Numbered from the whole stretch's first letter, positions 1 through 13,663 are shown. The stretch: DNA of 62,988 nt, filler included, from Hyphochytrium catenoides (GCA_900088475.1; 6 parts of 6 records of this genome joined end to end with filler, not necessarily neighbours in it), one strand, 5' to 3'. Program-made: numbers and translations. Notes: a model not told the origin generated them from the sequence alone.

Positions 1-13
1 CTGGCCTGGCAGT

Positions 14-3000
14 ATGGGGCAGTCTCCTTCCACTATTAGTCCTGACAAAGTAAAGAGGAGCTCAACCGAGAAAGGACGGCGAAGATCCAAGGTAGCAGAC
101 GAGAGTCTCCTGACAGAGAAGTCCTCGAGCTTTCAAGGCAGTAGAGCAACAGGAGAAGGAAGAGACAACGAGCAGGAGAAAGGAAATAGGGTCTCTTCTC
201 CCTTACAAGACGTAGTCAAGATCGCAGACGTAGAAGAACCATCTCCGGCTGCCTCTCTCGCTGGGCCGTCAGCGACAGTTAGTCAGCCACAGCAGAAGGG
301 AGAGGAGACAGGTAATGAGCCATCTCTCTCTCCCGCGCATACATTTCTGTTGTTCTTTCCTATCCCAGCTCGTTCTCTGAGACAATGTTGCTAGACTTGC
401 CGTTCCACACGTCCCCTGCTCTCTTTCCCTCGTTCTCTGGTCCGCCTCAACTTGTGTCTGTTCTCTATAAATAGAGCTTCAATTTACTCCGTGTCAAGCC
501 ACTGTGCCCTCTTCTATCTTTAGCTATGTCCTTTGTGTCCTTGTGAAGTTGTTAAGCCTGTACCGACTGCAGACACCAGCTCTTCTGGACGAAATAAGAA
601 GAGGATGCCAACGATAACGCTGCCTCCCGAGGAGGTAGAGGTGAGCTTGCCTTCAGTATCTGCCATCTCGTTCCCTGGTCGGTCATCAGCACCATTTCTC
701 AGCCTTCCCGGCCATAACAAGCCAGATTTAGTCCGCTTCCCTCTATCTTAATTGCATTGTGATCTGCTATCTCGTCCATTCTCTTCTTGGCTTTGAGACT
801 CAGTAAGTTCCCTCCTAGGCGCAGGAGAAGCCCGTCCTTTCAAGTCCTTCTCCTCTGGCAGAGGCTGCTCAGAGGGCGAAAAAATCTGTTCAAAGGATCA
901 AAGACAAGGTCAAAGTCATTTCTATGCTGAATGCCGCCTTTGGACAGGACCCCTCCAAGCACAAGAAGGAGTCGATGTCGCCTTTGGTAAGCTAACACTG
1001 TCCAGCCACGCTCTTTTTCTCTCTTTCTTTTCTCTCTCTCTCTCTCTCTCGCTCTGGCTTTCGCTCCCGCTCTCACTCTTTCATCGCGAACCTTGGCGTA
1101 GAGTACTCTCTGCTGATGCTGTGCTCTAAGCGGAAGCACACTACGTCTCTTCCCTCCCGCCCTTTTTAATTATTGTCCTCCGCTGACCTCTCACTGGCCG
1201 GTTTCTATTGTCTTCCCCGGCTGCTCAGGATGCAGCAAACATTGTGGAAAAGCTAGAACAGACTATCACGGACCCACAGCTACAAAGTGATGCCAAGAAA
1301 GTTGTCAGGTCAGCGCCTTTCTTTCTCGGACACGACCCCAGGGTCGCACTCTGTTCCTATCTTTACTCTTGTTCGGTCCTTTGTCTTATCGTGGCTGTCT
1401 CTTCTGCTGCTCCTTACGTCGTCGTTTCCACAGGTTCCTTCGCTCTGGGGAAGTGAGCCAATGGTCGCAAGAAGCCTTCAGAAGAGAGGCACTTTCAGGC
1501 CTAAAGAGGCTGAAGATGCTTTGGAATCTTCCAGAGGAGGCGGAGACAAGTCTTCTTCCTGATGAACACCTTACGGACGATGCGACGCGGGATTATTTCA
1601 TCAAGAACTTCGTGGCGACAGAGGCGAGAGATGAGATCCAGGAGCAAATTAAGGACAAGACAGAGAAGACTCAGGTCCGTCTCGGGCGAATAGATAGAGA
1701 AGCGCGAAAAGAGAGAGATGCAAAAGGAGAGAGAAGGATCGGAGAGCCTGTCCTTCTTGCTCTACCACATTGCCGACTCTCACCCTTTTCCCTTCTTTGC
1801 ATCCTTGCTTTAATTAGCGCACATATAATTTTGGGTCCTTTCTATCTCACTCTTCCCTTGTCAAGTGGCTTTGGTTCTATCCTTTGTCTCGTGTCCTCTG
1901 GGGTTAAGCTCCCTCTTCTTGACTACTCCGCCTTATCCTCAATTGCCTCATCTATCTTCTCTTGCTCTGACAGTCGGGTCGTATCCGTAATGTGTCCGTG
2001 CCAACAACCCCGCAAGTTGCCGTGGCGCTCATCCACACCTTGAAGACGATAGATTTTGCACTTCCTACAGATCTGTCCACTGAAGATCAGGTAAGACCCA
2101 ATAGCACGCAATAGCTCGCAATGGCGACAGATTGGGGACCAGGCGAGACCTACAGGAGAAGAGAGTTGCAGAAAGATGCTTGCAGAATACTGTGAGCAAA
2201 AGCATGAGCGGGAAGGGTTGAGGGTGGAGCTGACTGAACCTAATGACTCGCTTTTCCTTGGCTTGTTGATAAATAGGAGCGTTGGCAGAATGTGAAGCTA
2301 TCCCTTGAGACAGAATGGAGTCCAAACATGTTTGAGGTTAGTGGTGGTCTTTTCTCCTGCCCCCTCTCCCTTCGACACGCTCACCAAACATTTCTCGCTA
2401 CGCGTGCTCTGTCTCCTCTATTTACGCTTCTCCTTTATCAGGTCGCCTCCCTCTCTCGTGGCAAGCCGATAGTCTTCGTAGGAGCAACCCTTCTGACCCA
2501 CCACAACCTCATACAGCGCTTTGAACTTGATAAGACTCGTCTCCTTTCTTTCTTCAACACAATTGAAAGCGGGTATAATAATGTTCCCTATCATAATAGC
2601 CTGCACGGGGCAGACGTTGGAGCGACTCTTAGCATCATGCTTTCGAATGGCCTGGTAAAGGTAAGCGAATAGACCGTAGATTATGTCAGACAACACAAGC
2701 AGGAAAGGGAGTTTATCCTATCCAAAGGCAGAAGACCGAGGGAAGAGAGAAGAGGATAGACATAAAATCATGCTCCATTGACTACTTGTGAGGGGTAGAA
2801 GTTGCCCGCTCCATTGACCATTCCATTGACCATTTATGAGCAGTAGATGTTGCCCGCCGTCTCGCACTTACGGTTTGCTTGCCGTCCATGGCCAGACCCA
2901 GCATACCCTCTATGACCAACGACTCACTCTGCCCCCCTCTCTCCCTTTTCCTATTGTCTCTATCTCTGTCACGGAACATTAGGTCGGAGAGCTAGGGTCT

Positions 3001-4420
3001 AGTGACATTTTAGCCTCCATTGTGGCAGCACTCTGCCACGACTTCCGCCACCCTGGCTTGAACAACAACTACTTAGTGCACACGGCGGATGAACTCGCCC
3101 TCACCTACAACGATAAGAGTCCCCTGGAGAACATGCACATCGCGGAGGTTGGTCCTCGATCAAGCTATAGCGCTCTTCCTCCCTATCTCACTCCCTAGGT
3201 CACCTGTGTGTCCGTCATGCTTCTCTTCCTTCCACGTCTCCCCCTATCACCTTCTAACTACCTTTTCCCACCAGATGTTCAAGGTTCTTAAGGATCCTGA
3301 GAACAATTTTCTCAGTGGCTTTTCTAAGGCCGACTATGCATCTATGCGATCCTTAATGATCTCTATGGTCCTGGCGACGGATGGCGCCGTTCACTTCAAT
3401 GAGTTAGCCATCTTTAAGACGACGGTTCTGGGACCTTTGGAGGAAAAGAGCGAGAAGAAAGCGGACTTTAGAACCAATCTGCTTAGAATGGCGTTGCACG
3501 GTAAGGGCGTCGCATGGGAGATGGCAGAAAGACGGGACCGATGAGAGATGAGACGGCCAGGACAGCCACTTGGGTCAGCGCACGGACAAAGAGAGAGATA
3601 GGAAGAGAGACACCGAAAGAGAGCGCGATAGAAGAGAGGAAGAGAGAGATAAAGGGAGTAAAGAGAGAAGGATAGAGAGGAACGAGAGAGAGCCAGAGAG
3701 GGAGAAGGTTAGAGAGAGAGAGAGAAAGAGGAAGAACCGGGTTGTCTAGTTCTAAGAATCAAATACCGGCTTCGTCATCTCATGTCCTACTTCTCCCTGT
3801 CATTCCTCCGTACAACTATAGCCGCAGATATTAGCAACCCCGCGAAAGAATGGACGATTTGCAAGCAGTGGACCACCTGGGTCATGGATGAATTCTTCCT
3901 CCAGGTGCGTCTATGTGTCTTTTTCACTCTTCGTGTTCTCGCTTCTCTCTGCCAGAAAGCAAGATCTTTTAATGGATTGAAAAAGAGTGACGGCATCACT
4001 CTCTCAGTCTCTCTCTTCTTTTTGATACCCTCGTAGTGCGACATATCTCTTGTCCATTCCCTTCATTTCTCAAACGCTACAACTCCATGCCGCTGGCTTG
4101 AATAGCAGTTGATTCTGTACGTTGTTGCTTGACCTATGCAGGGCGATAAGGAGCGCACGTTAGGCATCGAGATATCACCTCTTTGCGACAGAACGACGAC
4201 GTCTATCCCGAAGAGTCAAATAGGGTTTATTGACGTCATCGTTAGACCTTGCTTTGAGTCTCTCCTGAAGGCGTTCCCAGACTCAGACATGAAGACCGAG
4301 GCATTGAAGCACTTGGAAGTGAATAAGAAGAGCTGGCAAGATCAGGTGCAAGCTCAGAGAAGAGCCAGCGTCATGGGAGCTCCACCTCCGAAAGTAGAAG
4401 ACGTTGCAGCCAAGGCATAG
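14..4420 (+). CDS. Class I 3',5'-cyclic nucleotide phosphodiesterase (about 11 exons)
   Basis: Spliced exons give all PDEase_I motifs: PYHNSLHGADV (~2586-2618), AALCHDFRHPGLNNNYL...YNDKSPLENMH (2983-3147), VLATD, LH|AADISNPAK, MDEFFLQ|GDKER, SQIGFID. Introns are GT-AG and in frame. Stop TAG at 4418-4420. Confidence 0.95.
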
Positions 4421-4849
4421 TGTAAGCCATGACGCTCCAGCACAACCTGCGAATGCACGGAAATAGCATCCCAGGATCGTGACAAGGGAACACTTTCCTG
4501 GCAGAAGAAACTCTTGAGAGGAAGGATATAAGTGACTCATTTTTCCCTGGAGGACTGGTGACAATTATAGAGAAAGGGAGAGGACGAGGGAGAAGACCGC
4601 AGTTATTCGCCAAGTCTCCAAGTGTAGAGCTCTGAGCCGGGGTCCAAGCTCCTGTACCGTTGGTTTGATGCATAAATAAAGATCGGCTACCCTGGGAGCC
4701 GTATTGCTACCTCTATGCTTACAGCTGAGAGCCCTAGCCCGTGTTCTGTTCGTATTGCTGTCAAGAGCAGACATATTGCGACCAGCTTGCTGCTGCATCT
4801 AGTTCTGGTCGTTCTTCCTTCCTCATCTCTCATTTTTCCAAGAAGCTAT

Positions 4850-7800
4850 ACTTGTCAGGAACTGAGATAGCATGCCATCCATACATCTATCAGCATGTCT
4901 ATTATTTGCTTCGAAATAGCCTTTTTCTTCTCAATTTCTTATTCATTGACTAGCAACGATGCGCATGACAGAAGTACCTCGATGCCTGGAGCGCCCCAGG
5001 GTTCTCTTGGACGGTCTGCCACTCTTCTTTGAAAAGCTTATACAAGGCTCGGATACGAAGGGAATGCTGTGGATCCCGTCGCTTGCCGAAAACCTTCTGC
5101 CATGAGTCGGACTTGGCATGGTGTGGGGCCACAACGTAGACAGAAGGGAACACCACGAAGTTAAGCTTAGACTAGGATACAAGAGCGGTATTCAAAAAGC
5201 GAAAAGAGAAAGAGGACGGAGGGGAGAGAGGACAATAGCGGACAAGAGACGGGAAGAGCAGCCAAAGACACGGTTAGGGCTATTGAACCTGGTTTGTATG
5301 ACGATAGAAAAGTGTGGCGAAGCTTAGTAGGGCGAATGGGTAATGGGAAATAGAGAGACCCTGACTCCTCATAGGCGAAAGCCTTCGTAGAGCGCTCTCC
5401 AATAGAGCGATAGTGACAAGCGACACAGAGGATGAATGAAGACCGTGAGCACTGATCGCGAAAGAGAGTAGGAAAAAGTGAGTATCGATGGGGAAGAACG
5501 ATGGTCAAAGCTGACTAGCTAATTCAACGCGACTCAAAAGGACGCATTCAAGAGGTATGAGGGCACCTCACACCGACTAAGGGAGCGGAGAGAGTAAAGA
5601 GAGACGTCATGAAGAGCGTGACGGAGAGTGGAAAAGAGACACAAGAGGGAGAGACAAGAGCAATAAACGAGACCAACAGAAAGTGCGTTCTACCTTATGC
5701 ACCGCATACAGATGGCTAATCTTGTTGAGCCCATAGCCCCTAAATCGTGGATCATAGTCTGGGACTGCTGAACGGCGAGCAACAATGTAGGGCTCGTAAT
5801 ACTCGGCATAGTCGACAGAGTAAGCCTCGTTTGAGAGAAACCTGAATCCAAGGAAGGTAGAGTAACAGAGAACAGTAGGACTGTTAACAAAAGGGAGATC
5901 TGAAAAAATAAGCAGAGACGAAGAAAGAGACACCAGGACTCAGAGGGAAGGGGTTTGTCAAGAGTAATGTTCAAGAGAAGAATAGAGTTCAGTCCAGGGA
6001 TCTCTTGGTTGCTTCCAGCCCTCACCATCTGCCAAAGTCAGTGGGTGCGTGCCCCTGGGGAAAGTGGTCCACGTGGAATGGCCTTACGTCCTTGCCCTCT
6101 TTTAGTTCTTCTATGGTAGGAATGGCTGTCGATTCCCATGCATTCTTTCTGTTCCGCCTTTCACTCCATCTATTCCCTTTCTCTTCAAAGGCTGGAATGA
6201 CGAGGACGGAGCTCAGGGTGGCATCTGGGTGGAGGGCAAGAGCGTTTCTCATTCTCCTTTCAAGCCCTTCACTTGGCAGAAAGTCTACGTCAAGAAGGAA
6301 GACGTGCGTTGTCTTTGCACCTCCAAGTGCAGCGTTTCGAAGTGTGTTGATGGGATAAAGAGAGAGCCAACTTGCTGTCTCTCCATGGGTAAGAGAAGAA
6401 ACCTCCTCAAGGACAAGACAGATATCTAGAGCACACGTTGAGTGGGTCTGCATGCACATTGACAAGGGGTTAGAGCAGAGGCATAATGCCATAGGTTGGC
6501 ANNNNNNNNNNNNNNNNNNNNNNNNNNNNNNNNNNNNNNNNNNNNNNNNNNNNNNNNTGAACTCGGCAAGCGAAGGAACATAGACGGCAGCAGATATTGT
6601 CCCTGTCCACCTGACGCGCATAAAAAGAGAGATCTTGAGTAAAGGACAAGAAGATAAGAACGGAATGCTGTGAGGAACGCATCGATCACCTCATTGCCAT
6701 GGCTCTAAGGTTCTCAAGCCTATCTATAGAGCACTGTGTCACGATGGTGATCTCTTCCAAGTCTCTTTCTCGATTGCTTTGCAACGCATGAAGGCGATAA
6801 ACATGAGTTATCGGGGGAGAGAAGTCAAAAGAGAACTTGATGCTTCTTAACAAAGCAGGGCATTCCTGTTTTCCTTTTCCTCTTGCCTTGGCTTCAGCTC
6901 TGAACAGGGAAGATCCTCTAGATGTCTAGTTACAAGATAAAAGGACATTCTTCAGTTAAAAAAGAGGGGACAGCATTGCTAAACTAAACTGGCAGTTGGA
7001 TCGCAGAAGTCATCCCCGGTCGCCCAGGGCTGTTGTTCCTTAGAATAATCCGGCGTTCAAAAGAGTCAGAATGTAGAGAACATGACATAGGCCAAGACGT
7101 GCAGAAACTCATGTCTAGCAAGGTAAGCAGCTGCCTTGCTCTTACCATCAACCTTATATACTGACGCAGCCAAGGTACTGCCTTTCGTCCTTGCCTTAGA
7201 AGGCCATTACGTAGCCTTTGTCGCTTTGGAGTGAGGAGCAGATAGAATAAAGCACAAGAGGGAATGAAGAGGACCATGCGGAGGGCAAACGCTGACTTGT
7301 CCCGCTTATCATCCCTTATCTCACTGTAGCTCTGAGAAGCAAGCCCAATGGGACCCAGAATAACATACGCCAGGAATAAGATCTAAGGCAAAAACAATGG
7401 CAGTGAGCAGAAACATCACTCATGCAACTACGTTTCCTCTCTCCCTGTCCACACACGGTCCTCTTCCCCGGTTCTTTCTCTTTCTCTCTTTCCCTTCTCC
7501 TTATTTGAGAGAACGATATGGCTAGTTGGCGTTTCCGCGGTTACACTTAGGTGAGCGTGCTCAATCTCTTTTATCCAAGTCTAAGGCTTACCTCGCAATT
7601 CCTAACCCACGACAGTCGGATCTCTTTTATCAACAGCCGTGCACGCTTTGTCGCTGCTTTAGGGCAGACGTTGGTGACAACCAGGAGAATGGGTAGGAGA
7701 AGCAAGGCTTTCGTCCAAAGAGCCTTTGCATGGAACTGAAAGAGAAGGAATCCTATGGCTCCCAGTATTAGTCCTCCCTAAGCAGTAACGTAAAATGCAG

Positions 7801-9043
7801 ATCGACACCAAGTAGTGGAAGAATAGGAAGTATGTCAGTCTTCTACTGGCATGCTAAAATATTGTTAGCGCTGATCTACTTTCAACTGCACGGTCAGATG
7901 GACATGCCTGTCACCGATTGAGGCACAAATCAAGCCATGATCTTCATCTACCCCTCCTCCCTAGCTCTCCAAATGGTGTCATGATATCCCACCTGAGTCA
8001 TATTGTGGGGCCACCCTCTAGGGCAAGGGCTCAAGCTCATGGGCTTCAGGTAGGTCTTGCGGAAAAGCAGCCATGGAGACAAGGTTATCGAGAAAACCTT
8101 CAACGATGGAAAGTCTGGGCCCCCATCTTCCAAGTCTCTGGGACCTCCTGAGCCATACCTAAGGAAGGATCACCGAAAAAAGAGGCATTAAGTAAGCTCG
8201 AACGCAAGGAACTGGTATAGACAGTGGTCGCAGTAGCAGAGCGAGTAGCAGAGAATTGAAAGACAAAGTAAGTACGTTAAGAAAGTAGACGGTAGAGGTC
8301 AAGTTTGACGAGCTATTCTTTGCATTAGGTTGACGGTCTACTGAGCATAAATGAAGGGTTTTCAGGGAATATCTCAAGCTGGAGCCAATAAAGGTAGCGC
8401 AGAGATTGTCAAGTCTCCGAACTGAATGGAAGGGAAAGCACAAGAGACATAAGGAAGACCAGAGGAAGATAGAAGAGCAGAGTAGCCCCTCGGTCACGCA
8501 TACGCCGCCACCTTACATCTCCATGGCCTCATAGTCATTGTCCGCGGCTTCATTGTCCTCTTCATCTCCACCTCTCTCTTCATCTTGCTCAAGATCACCA
8601 CCACTACCTTCTCCTTTTAGGGTACAGAACGGGTGATTACAGGCAGGCGCCATCCAGAGTTTAATGGCAAAGAAAGATAATGGGAGGTCGATGCATCACT
8701 CTACACGTAGGAGAGTGTTTGGAAGGACAAAGATCAAAAGGAGCCTTTCGCACCTTCTCTTTCCGCATCACATTCACCCTCCTCTCCCTCTTCTTGATCA
8801 GCATCGGAAGTAGACGGAAAATCCGAGCCTCCAAGAATGGGTTCGGGAGAGAAAGCAGAGGAATCCTCTCCGTCAATACTAGCTTCCAGTGATTGCGAAG
8901 GCTGCTCCGGGCATTCCCACTCTGACGCTGAGGTGGTGATAAATAACATGCAGACAAAGGAAAATGGAGGCCGTCACAATCTACAGTGGTGTGAAGTAGC
9001 ATTGGCCCTTTGCTAGGCCAGAAGAAGGATCATCTAGTGACAT
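4850..9043 (-). CDS. GT49 family (LARGE C-terminal/B4GAT1-like) glycosyltransferase, likely type II membrane protein; both ends approximate
   Basis: Exons encode ITIVTQCSIDRL, WTGTISAAVY, YPINTLRNAAL...VFLLDVDFLPS (DxD), VLVIPAFE, FHVDHFPQGH, YEPYIV...DPRFRGYGLNKISHL. The catalytic part (~4980-6900) is firm. Upstream exons (7590-7735 with hydrophobic ALWTKALLLLPILLVVTNV; 7995-8158; acidic 8517-8928) join each other in phase, but their link to the catalytic exons is inferred. Assembly gap at 6502-6557. Confidence 0.85.
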
Positions 9044-9218
9044 TAGTGTTTGGTGGGATAAAGGAGTGAGTATAAGAGATGACAATGTGGGAAAGCACTG
9101 GCAAACGTTTGAATAGAGACTTAGGGAAGGTGGGAAGGTGGATCATACAATCTGCTTCGTCCGAGATCCCTGCAATTTGCACAAGGGGAGGAGGAGATGA
9201 GAGCGACGGAGAGGAGGA

Positions 9219-12200
9219 TTAGCACGTGATGCATTGCATGCTTATGGGGATCTCTCGGTCTGACCGGTTATAATAACAACTTTCCGACTTCGGGAACCGC
9301 GCCGACGGGAATGGCGACGAACCTAGATCATGCACGTAGAAGTTTGTAAGAAAGGCTCGAGGAGGAAGGAAGAAGAGCTGTCTCGTCAGTTTGTAGAACA
9401 AAAAAACGAATGGTCAGCTCCAAAGTCAACAGCAGAAAGTATGCTGATGTCGCCCTGAGGGCAATTGCCATACGTACTGGACAAGCCAGAGAGAAGCAAC
9501 ATTTTAGGACGAAGCGAAAGTATCGGCTAGCGGAGCCAGAGAGCAAGACCGGAAAGAGCGAGGAACGCTTCATTAGAATTGCCAAGAGAGGCGCACCTTG
9601 CGGTTATAGTCTTGGTACCACGGCTGCCTAATCACGACCCAGTTTGGGCGTGGAGGGGGTACAGGAGGAGCAGGAGAGTAGCGTAGGCCGGAAGAAGGGT
9701 TTGGGGTAGTTGATAGAGCCAGTCCCATCGGTTGTGGATAGGGGGCTTGAGTGGCCCACAAGGGCAAGTTTGGGTACCTCAAACCAGTGCTGATCTCATA
9801 GAAATATGTCTGTCCAGTCTTCAGGGCGGGGAAAGGAGTATCACTACTGGGGTAACATGATGGAGACAAGAAGACGCAGAGCCTCTGCTGTCGAGTGCTT
9901 TGTTTGAAAAAGTGGCCCACGAAATAGAAATTTCAAGATAGGCTTTTCAGAAGGTTTCCCCTCTCGGAAGGTTGAGCTTTCCGTCATTTCAAGATCTTCA
10001 CCAGCCGAAGACGAATCCTGAACAACAGCGTGTAACTACTATAATGTACAGACGGACAGGAAAGGTAGTAGAGAAGGAGACTAAAGACCTCAGAGTCACT
10101 CCTTTCTTCCCATCCTGCAGGTAGAGTGTCTTCCACAGGCACAGCCACCGGAAGTCTGCGAGCTTCTGCAGCTAACTCTTCCATCTCCTGGAAGGTGCTC
10201 TCCGGCAGCTCCCAGTGCCTAGCTCCAAGAAATATTAGGGGAGATAGAGGCCAAGCAGAGGTAGAGTGAAGGGTCCAAAAGAAGTACGAAAGGGTGGATG
10301 GAAGTGGGTGAGAGCAGCGTGTACACATGAGCGCAAATACGTCAAGTAAGGAAAGCGAGGTAAAAAGGAAGAAGCAGGTCGGAGACTTTCAAGGCGACGC
10401 AACAAGGAAGAACCGCGTTCCCTTCCTATGGCTGTACAAAGGAGGAGAACCAATCTTACGTGGTTCTCGTATTGTGGTCAACATAGTAAACCTTTCCTGA
10501 CTGATGCAATACATAATCCGTGCACGGTCGCGTTTGGGCGTGCAATTGACAGTAGAAGACGAGAAAGTTAACGGTCATCGGTACATGTCTTCTTGTGGGA
10601 AGCTCTGAGATGCTTACCAAGGGGTCAATCCTTTGCTCCCAGCCTGGGAGAAGAGGAGGAGGAGCGGAAGGTGTCACACAGGGTAGGGGCGCGCTAGGAG
10701 ACGTTGAAGTTGATAGAGAATCCAATTGCTGGTTCTGATACAGGAGCTGCTGCACGCGTTGCTCTCCCGTCTTCTCCTCGTAGTATCGACGATTCGTTTC
10801 TCTTTTGTCCACAATACGACTTGCTAGATTCGGAGGTAATTGCCAGTAGGTCTGACTGTTGGAGGGAGCCAAAAGAGAAGAGCGATGACAAGGGCAGGAC
10901 CTCGCATTAGAGATATATGACAGGATGGGACGTCGCCGACAGCTATTAGTTCTCCTACCGCGCGCGATGATCAACATAATAAGTCCTCTGGGTCTGTACG
11001 GGACGGAGGCCAATGGCCAGCCATAAAGAGGAGTGTCATTGAGAGATATGAACCGCATGACCACACGAGTAGGCAAGACACCACTAAAAGATTGTTTTCT
11101 CTGCTAGAAGGTTGCTAGTGACTAGTATGATGTGAGAGCAGCCATGCAGGCAGAAACAACAGAAACAGCTAAAAAGGAGCATAAGAAATGCAAGGCAGCG
11201 CATAGAAGAGGTCTGGAGGAGAAAGGGGCTAGCCGCAGTGCACTGGTAGCATTCAGTCCATGTGCAATAAGCAGCGGTACAAACTCTTGCGAAGAATAAC
11301 AAGAAGCAGCACTTACTCTTGGGTCCGATCTCTCTTCTATATGAGGAGGTAACCTCACTACCGGCGCAGGAGGACTCTGATTGACGGAGGCATCGGCGGA
11401 CTGGAGGATGGACTGGAGAATGTGCTCAGGGAGATCCCAGTAGGTTTGGCTATCGAGAACGAGAGAGAAAGAATGTAGAGCGTTAGGAGCAACAGCAGAG
11501 GGCAGTAGACGACAATGAAAACGTTAGGTCGCCACCTACCGAGCGTTATGGTCCACATAGAATCTTCTCCCGGTCTAAGGAGCACATGCCAGTGGAGGGA
11601 CGCGAAAGAGCAGACCCGTCAGCATACAACTAGACTGGACAGATAAAGAGAGGATGAGGGGAGAGGGGATACAAAGCAGCGTACATTTGGGTCAGTCTTC
11701 TCTTCCCACCCTGGAGGAAGGCGGAAAGATTGCGTCGGGCGCCTGATAGCTGAGGTTCTCTGAGCCTGGAGCTGACGCTGGCGTTCATGGTCCACCAGTT
11801 GCTGGGCCTCGCTGGGCAGCTCCCAGTGGGTCTCGCTAGATGTTGTCCGCAATGGCAGAAGATTGGGAAGAAGGAATAGAAGGTCAGGATGTTTCTCTTT
11901 TCTAACTTTCCTACTGTCTGTTGGACTAGAGCTGGCTTTCTCGGTACCCCAAACTTGCTGATCGTTGCTTTGGCTGCTTGCCTGTCGCTTCCCACGTGCA
12001 GTCTCTATCATCTTTGGCTGCCTTACCTTCTGTTATGGTCGACAAAGTAGCTTCTTCCGGTCTAAACAATCAGAAAACGTACGCAGGGACAAATCAGATG
12101 ATCCAAGCGCTGTTATCAGTCAACAATACTTGCAACGAATCAAGGCACCAGGACGAGGAGGAGGAGTCTACAAAGTACGCTGAATGGTGCTGTGCCCGAA

Positions 12201-12319
12201 GGAACAAGGAAACAGCATATATGTCTCACTTGACGGTCTACCCTCCGCTCCCAACCCGGCGGCAAGTCTGGCGGGCCCGGACTAACTTCTTCGCTCTCGT
12301 AAGCCGAAGAGGTGACATC
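9219..12319 (-). CDS. Multi-WW-domain protein (5 WW repeats); 5' end unresolved
   Basis: Spliced repeats: LPPGWERRVDRQ|TGRSYFVDHNRS|ETHWELP; LPPGWEEKTDPN|TGRRFYVDHNAR|QTYWDLP; LPPHIEERSDPR|TQRTYYVDHRAR|QTYWQLP; LLPGWEQRIDPL|SGKVYYVDHNTRTT|HWELP; LPAGWEERSDSE|TGQTYFYEISTG. A Pro-rich tail follows. The last exon is tentative. Confidence 0.9.
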
Positions 12320-12627
12320 CTTATAGGCGAAAGAAGCAGGGAAAGAAGAGGAGTAAGAGAAAGAGAAAGAGTTTCTATTTGAAGGAGTAGCGGAGGATAG
12401 AGCGCAAGCACACGGCAACAGAAGGGAAGCCAGTTGGTAAGGCATCAGAATCCCCTTATCGAGGCCTGAGGAAGAAAGAATTTCAGGGGATAGAGAGAAG
12501 AGGTGAACGAGGAAAAGATGGGCAAGTCGGGACGGACAAGGTGAACAGCACACGTCATATCAAATAAGAGAGTGAGAGCAAGAGAACGTATTATGAGACC
12601 GAATGTGTGTGTGTGTGATGGCGAAAT

Positions 12628-12665
<38 letters not shown>

Positions 12666-13566
12666 GGGGAGGGCTCTGCAGACTATTAGGCGAGAATAAA
12701 GCAATACGACGAATGCAGCAAGACAGAGGAGGTAGACAAAGCCCTAGAAAGAGAGCATGCTTATCATTAGCTTAGGGCATCTCCATACCGGCACGACAGG
12801 GCTAAAGGCTAAATCCCGATCAGACTGTAAGAGCACGATAGATAAGGGCCAACACCACTTAGATTCTCTTAGTGAGAGCTTAGGAGCAAGGAGAGCAAAC
12901 AAATAGAGGATGAAAGAGAGAGAGAGAGACATCGAGTTGAAGAGAGAGAGTGAAGAGGAAGAGACAGAAGAGAGAGGAGAGAGCGAGAGGCAGAGAGCGA
13001 GAGAGAGAGAGAGAGAGGGACGGAGATAGGGAAGCAGAAAGCGCACGCGCGCGAGAGAGAGAATCGACAGTGGACAGGTATGGGGAAGGTCAGAGGAGGG
13101 CGAGGAGGATCCAGACGGACGCGAAGGATCGGAATAGGACAAGGAGCGCGTGAGACTTCGCAGAGCTTGATGCTAGTTGAGCAAGAAGGACGAGCTTCTT
13201 AACATATCAACCTGAGGAGGCTGCATCGTATGCCCGACATTGTGCACGGCATAGCCAGTGGGTGAGGCCGGAGGCTGCTCCACTTGGCTGGAGCAGGCAC
13301 CCATTAGACTTTCAGCGGTTCGGCAATTGCCCGAGTGCGCGGCTTGCCTTCTAGCTCTTGTGACAGCTCCAGAATGACCAAGCTTCGCTGTCACACATAG
13401 AGCAGATGCCGTCAGAGGTCAGGTTACAATGTCAGAAGCTGTAAGCCGGAAGTAAAGCTGCGGATTGTGTCCGTGCCTCCTTCTGCTGGCACGAACTCAA
13501 AAGATGTGAGCCGTACAATATGACAAAAAGAGAGACGTACAACAGAGAGAGAGAAAGAGAGAGAGG

Positions 13567-13606
<40 letters not shown>

Positions 13607-13617
13607 AAGAGAGAGAC

Positions 13618-13663
<46 letters not shown>

